Positions 60,205 through 64,000 of a stretch of 64,000 nt of DNA are shown here, piece by piece (the stretch's first letter is position 1; each line of letters opens with the position of its first letter). The notes below the pieces were generated by a model. The model was not told the DNA's origin, searched no databases, and worked only from the letters and a program-made list of their open reading frames with translations. The DNA is from Promethearchaeota archaeon (lineage in GTDB: Archaea; Asgardarchaeota; Lokiarchaeia; Sigyniarchaeales; SOKP01), in NCBI GenBank assembly GCA_048938895.1, contig JBHLLU010000001.1, forward strand, positions 32,001 through 96,000. Direction: 5' to 3'. Made by a program: the position numbers and the translations under genes.

Positions 60205-61563
60205 TTATAATCTTTCTATTTTTTCTAATTCTTCCCAATCAAAATCTATTTTAATAAATTTTCTCGAATAAAGATATGCAAATATTAATACCAATGAACC
60301 TATAGGACCCCATATTACATAACCAACAGAATAATCTAAACCTAATTTTGGCAGATCTAACAAAATACCTATCACAAATAACCCAAAAGCCTGAAACAAG
60401 TTTAATATAATACTAGGAAATCCCGTATAAATTCCCGCTTTTAACTCACCAGTTATTTTTTCGTCATCTTCAGCAATATCTGCAAAGATAATACTCGGTA
60501 AAAGAAACCACCCGCCCATACACGCTGCTATTCCAAGAATAAATAAAATTCCAAATATAAAGTAAGTCTCCATTCTTATTGCCCCAAATAGGGTAGTTGG
60601 AAGGAATAAAATACCTACTAAAAAGATATATAGAAGACTCTTTTTCTTTCCGATCTTTTGAATTCTCTTCCTCCATAAAAAGATAAAACCTAAAATACCA
60701 ATCACCATCAATCCTGCAACAATATAGTAATCTGTATCTTCAAATTTAAGAACAATTTCAGTATACTGAAGAACTGTTTGTCCAATCATTATAAAGGCAA
60801 TACTGGCTATCCCTTGCATGAGTGTTACCAAAATAAAATTTTTATTTTTAACTATAACCTTCAAATTTTCAATCATATTTGATCTAATCTTAAAATGAGG
60901 CTCAGTAGGGATAACGATCGCTGCTATTAGAAAGAGTTGTGTTGGCAAAATCGAAAATATTATTACAGCAAATAAAAAATCAGAAGGGATTAGTGTTGGC
61001 TCAATTTTGATTTTTTTAACTGTATCTGTTAAAATTATAAAGGAAAATATAGACATACATGCAGAACCTATTAATGCAAAAATGTTATTATATTGAGAAG
61101 CAAAAGGTCTTTCGTCTGATGTAAACTGTTCTGCCATCCATGACCCATAAGGTGTTGTAATACCATAACTAATATTGAATAAGATATTCCATACTAATAA
61201 CCAAATAAAAGTGGAATTTTGACTATTTATATCTATGACTAAATTCGGTAAAAGTAAAAAGAAGAAAGAAAAGCTTAAAAGTGGGCTGAGTAAGATTAAG
61301 AATGGTTTTCTTCTTCCCCATTTAGTATATTTTACGTCACTTATCCAACCAAATAAAAATTGAGATATCGCAATTGTGATCTTTCCTAAAGCCAAAGCAA
61401 TTCCGATAAGAAATGCTGAATCGATATATGCAAGTTTATAAAGTGAAAACAAGGCAAAATCAGCAAATCCTATAACAATTGAAGTCGACATTCTTGGTAG
61501 TCCATATAAAATTGATCTTCCAAGCAAACTGTTTCCTTTTTTATTTAATACACTTTTAACCAT
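60205..61563 (-). CDS. MFS glycoside-pentoside-hexuronide (GPH/MelB-like) transporter
   Basis: GWISD...KWGRRKPF, ADIAEDDE...G...AG.Y.G; about 12 hydrophobic segments. Confidence 0.85.
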   Translation of the reverse strand: MVKSVLNKKGNSLLGRSILYGLPRMSTSIVIGFADFALFSLYKLAYIDSAFLIGIALALGKITIAISQFLFGWISDVKYTKWGRRKPFLILLSPLLSFSFFFLLLPNLVIDINSQNSTFIWLLVWNILFNISYGITTPYGSWMAEQFTSDERPFASQYNNIFALIGSACMSIFSFIILTDTVKKIKIEPTLIPSDFLFAVIIFSILPTQLFLIAAIVIPTEPHFKIRSNMIENLKVIVKNKNFILVTLMQGIASIAFIMIGQTVLQYTEIVLKFEDTDYYIVAGLMVIGILGFIFLWRKRIQKIGKKKSLLYIFLVGILFLPTTLFGAIRMETYFIFGILFILGIAACMGGWFLLPSIIFADIAEDDEKITGELKAGIYTGFPSIILNLFQAFGLFVIGILLDLPKLGLDYSVGYVIWGPIGSLVLIFAYLYSRKFIKIDFDWEELEKIERL

Positions 61564-61576
61564 AACTATCCCTTGA

Positions 61577-62266
61577 TTATTCTAATGCCTTTTTTATAGC
61601 AGCTCTTGCAAGCATCCTGGTCGAATCCAAGACTGGTAAAGGACAATTATTTGGATCAATCAGTAATGGAATTTCAGTACAACCCAGAACCACGGCATCA
61701 CAACTCTTATCTTTTAGTTTTTGAATTACCTTGTTGATGTACAACCTTGATTTTTCTGAAAACTTTCCATTGACAAGTTCTTCAAATATCAAATTATTTA
61801 TCCTATCTTGATCCATCTCTTCAGGAATTTCATAAGTAATTCTATATTTTTTAAGAGCATCAGGATATATTGAAGAAGCCATGAGATATTTTGTTCCCAA
61901 AATTCCCAAATGCCTAAATTTTCTCTGCTTGGCGCCTTCACCTACTACTTCTGCAATATGCAACCAAGGGATAGGAGATTTAGAAATCATTAGTTTAAAT
62001 GCTTGATGAATTGTATTATCAGGGCAAATTGCAAAATCAGCACCTGCCCTTGCCACAATTTCGGTAGAAGTAAGCATCAATTCCGCTACTTTTTCCCAAT
62101 TTCCATCCCATATATATTGCATATAATCCGAAAAAGGTGGGGTGTGCATCGTTATTTCAGGATGCCTATATTTAAACAGTTTCTCTTGAGCTTCAATACA
62201 GATTGTAGTATAGCATAAAGCTGCTCCCTCAGCACTACAAGCAACAATACCAATATGTTTAACCAA
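61577..62266 (-). CDS. Aspartate/glutamate racemase family protein
   Basis: AGADF...PDNT.H, LGILGTKYLM, VLGCTEIPL, LDST. Confidence 0.85.
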   Translation of the reverse strand: MVKHIGIVACSAEGAALCYTTICIEAQEKLFKYRHPEITMHTPPFSDYMQYIWDGNWEKVAELMLTSTEIVARAGADFAICPDNTIHQAFKLMISKSPIPWLHIAEVVGEGAKQRKFRHLGILGTKYLMASSIYPDALKKYRITYEIPEEMDQDRINNLIFEELVNGKFSEKSRLYINKVIQKLKDKSCDAVVLGCTEIPLLIDPNNCPLPVLDSTRMLARAAIKKALE

Positions 62267-62300
62267 ATTTTACACCTTCTATTATTATATTAAATTTTTT

Positions 62301-63104
62301 TTATAAACCCAATATTTTCCTTGCCTTTAAGGGATCTGCCACCTCTCTCCGTACATGCTTACAAATATCAACATAATTCTTTACAATTTCAGCGTTATTT
62401 CTAGCAGGTTCTCCTTTTTTGATAAATGGGTAATCTTCGGTACCTACTCTTATATTTCCCCCATGAGTAAGGACAAACACCAATAGTTTCATTTGATCCT
62501 CTCCTAATACACTTACAGTATGAACACTATCAGTGGGTATAAATTTTTTTCTATACATATATTCTTGATAATTTGGAGGACTCCATAATCCTCCTGGCCA
62601 ATTAAATAACAAAGTTAAGATGTGTGGTTTTGACCATTCCAATAAACCGCTTTTAATTAAATAATCTAAATTCCAAGAAGAACCTGTATGCCATAGTTCC
62701 CATTCAGGCTTAATATTTGCTTCTTTAAGCTTCATACAATATTCTTCTAATTCCTTTATTGGATGCAAAACTTCAATTATAGTTTTATCATAATGTTCAG
62801 AGTGATGATTTAACATTACAGACATCATATCAGGTTTGGCTTCAAAATCTCCTTTTCGTTGACTAATTGTTTCCCTTGACATACCTGCTTGAATAATAAT
62901 ATCACATCTTTCTCGAATTTTTTTAATAGTTTCAACTTCTTCTCCGCGAGGTAAGTGAACGTGAGCAACAGACGCCCCTGCTTCATAGCATTCTACAACA
63001 TCATCAACCAATTGTTCAGTCTTATTCGCCCAGTTTTTCAATTCAGGATACACTAAAGAATTCGCTGTAGTCACTGTTATGATTATTTTTTGATTATCTT
63101 TCAT
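62301..63104 (-). CDS. Beta-keto acid cleavage enzyme (BKACE/Kce, DUF849) family
   Basis: EAGASVAHVH, IKPEWE, GGNIRVGTED, A.NNAE.V. Confidence 0.82.
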   Translation of the reverse strand: MKDNQKIIITVTTANSLVYPELKNWANKTEQLVDDVVECYEAGASVAHVHLPRGEEVETIKKIRERCDIIIQAGMSRETISQRKGDFEAKPDMMSVMLNHHSEHYDKTIIEVLHPIKELEEYCMKLKEANIKPEWELWHTGSSWNLDYLIKSGLLEWSKPHILTLLFNWPGGLWSPPNYQEYMYRKKFIPTDSVHTVSVLGEDQMKLLVFVLTHGGNIRVGTEDYPFIKKGEPARNNAEIVKNYVDICKHVRREVADPLKARKILGL

Positions 63105-63226
63105 AATTTAATAAATTCTTATGATATCTTCTATTATATAAACTTTATATTTGACAATCTTGGTCATGGCCTTTTCACACCAAATCCCCAATTAATAACC
63201 AGCATTATAATTGAATTTCTTCAGAA

Positions 63227-64000
63227 TTAAACGTATTCTATAGTTGCTGGCGGCTTTTCTGTAACATCGAAATATACGTTTTTTGTTATAGGATTTTTAA
63301 GTAGTTCTGATTTTAAAGTATCTAATAATTCAATCGGCAAATTGGTAACAGATGCAGTTCTCGCATCTTTACTATTAATAGACCTAATTATAACGTCTAA
63401 TTTGCCTAAAGGATTATTTCCTAACTCAAATAAAACTCTTGCAAATCCTTTTATATTAGATCCTTTCTCTATAAGTCTATTATAATTCCATTCTCCTCTT
63501 TCAATTAAAGGGAATTGATAAGTTCTACTTCCCTCAAATAAGCCAGTTACCTTTTGATTGCTAATATCTGCACTCACTGCCGCAAAGACTTGGAATGGTT
63601 CTTGTTCACCATTATCGTTAATTATCATGATTTTTCCATAACTTTCTTTATAAAAATCCTCCACATGAGATTCTACAAGATCATGGACTTTTTTCTCAAA
63701 CTCTAAATTTTCTTCTGAAACTGGACCGATTATTCTTGCGGCTAGAGCTGGGCCTGGAAAAGCTTTCCTGAAAACAAGGTCGTCTGGCATTTCAAGATAA
63801 CTAAGTACTTCTCTGACCTCATGTTTAGTAAGACTTGCTACAGGTTGGATTGTTGCCTTAACATCATATTCGATTTCTACATTATGTTGGCTTTTTACAA
63901 ATCCAGTAATATTTTTATTTTTTAAGGTAAGTTCTTCCTCAAGTGACATTGTTTCTTTTAAATCAGTAATTTTAACTCCAAAACTCTCTTCAATATCTGG
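63227..64000 (-). CDS. guaA: GMP synthase ATP-pyrophosphatase/C-terminal region, 5'-truncated by window edge
   Basis: VKSQHNV, L.K.EVR, RKAFPGPALAARI, S.DARTA, FDVTEKPPATIEY; frame open to base 64000. Confidence 0.82.
   Translation of the reverse strand, partial: PDIEESFGVKITDLKETMSLEEELTLKNKNITGFVKSQHNVEIEYDVKATIQPVASLTKHEVREVLSYLEMPDDLVFRKAFPGPALAARIIGPVSEENLEFEKKVHDLVESHVEDFYKESYGKIMIINDNGEQEPFQVFAAVSADISNQKVTGLFEGSRTYQFPLIERGEWNYNRLIEKGSNIKGFARVLFELGNNPLGKLDVIIRSINSKDARTASVTNLPIELLDTLKSELLKNPITKNVYFDVTEKPPATIEYV

Noticed and set aside
779-62218. Numerous 60-133 aa ORFs antisense or out of frame within long genes (e.g. 1197-1484, 13163-13429, 19239-19607, 31869-32186, 49569-49970, 57382-57714)
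   Set aside because: Fully overlapped by well-supported CDSs, no motifs or SD sites; typical shadow ORFs.
1-64000. tRNA, rRNA, CRISPR arrays, transposases or integrases
   Set aside because: No GC-rich cloverleaf or rRNA-like segments, regular repeat-spacer units or recombinase motifs seen by eye; tRNAscan/Infernal were not run.

Overview
AT-rich (by eye) archaeal chromosome segment. The gene content points to an Asgard archaeon, probably Lokiarchaeia: several Rab-like small GTPases without prenylation motifs, tandem-wHTH/TPR and TPR-longin proteins, thiol:fumarate reductase, DUF35, ADP-forming acyl-CoA ligase, TATA-box promoters and T-tract terminators. This assignment is an inference. Four things stand out. 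(1) 3.7-19.8 kb: a self-contained lipid/polyketide cluster. A 3514-aa type I synthase (ER-ER-KS-AT-KS-ACPx3-KR-DH-PPTase) is surrounded by a putative thioesterase and a complete biotin-dependent acyl-CoA carboxylase with biotin ligase. All three ACPs carry Thr where the phosphopantetheinylated Ser is expected. (2) 21.2-30.4 kb: a duplicated cassette in which a tandem-wHTH-TPR regulator is divergent from unannotated 25-32 aa micro-ORFs, followed by Rab-like GTPases. Four copies of a fixed-spacing palindrome+TATA promoter lie in the cassettes; the layout is reminiscent of RRNPP peptide signalling. (3) 30.5-33.4 kb: two paralogous ~76-aa peptides ending in an identical MGFITVG, immediately upstream of a B12/radical-SAM/SPASM-like enzyme (candidate RiPP system). 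(4) A circularly permuted 2-oxoacid:ferredoxin oxidoreductase beta subunit. The rest is mostly central anaerobic metabolism (kor, fum, tfr, por, acd, ech), peptidases and transporters, plus a 2.9-kb insertion bounded by a 29-bp direct repeat. No rRNA, tRNA, CRISPR array or transposase was recognised. All calls come from reading motifs by eye; no searches were run.
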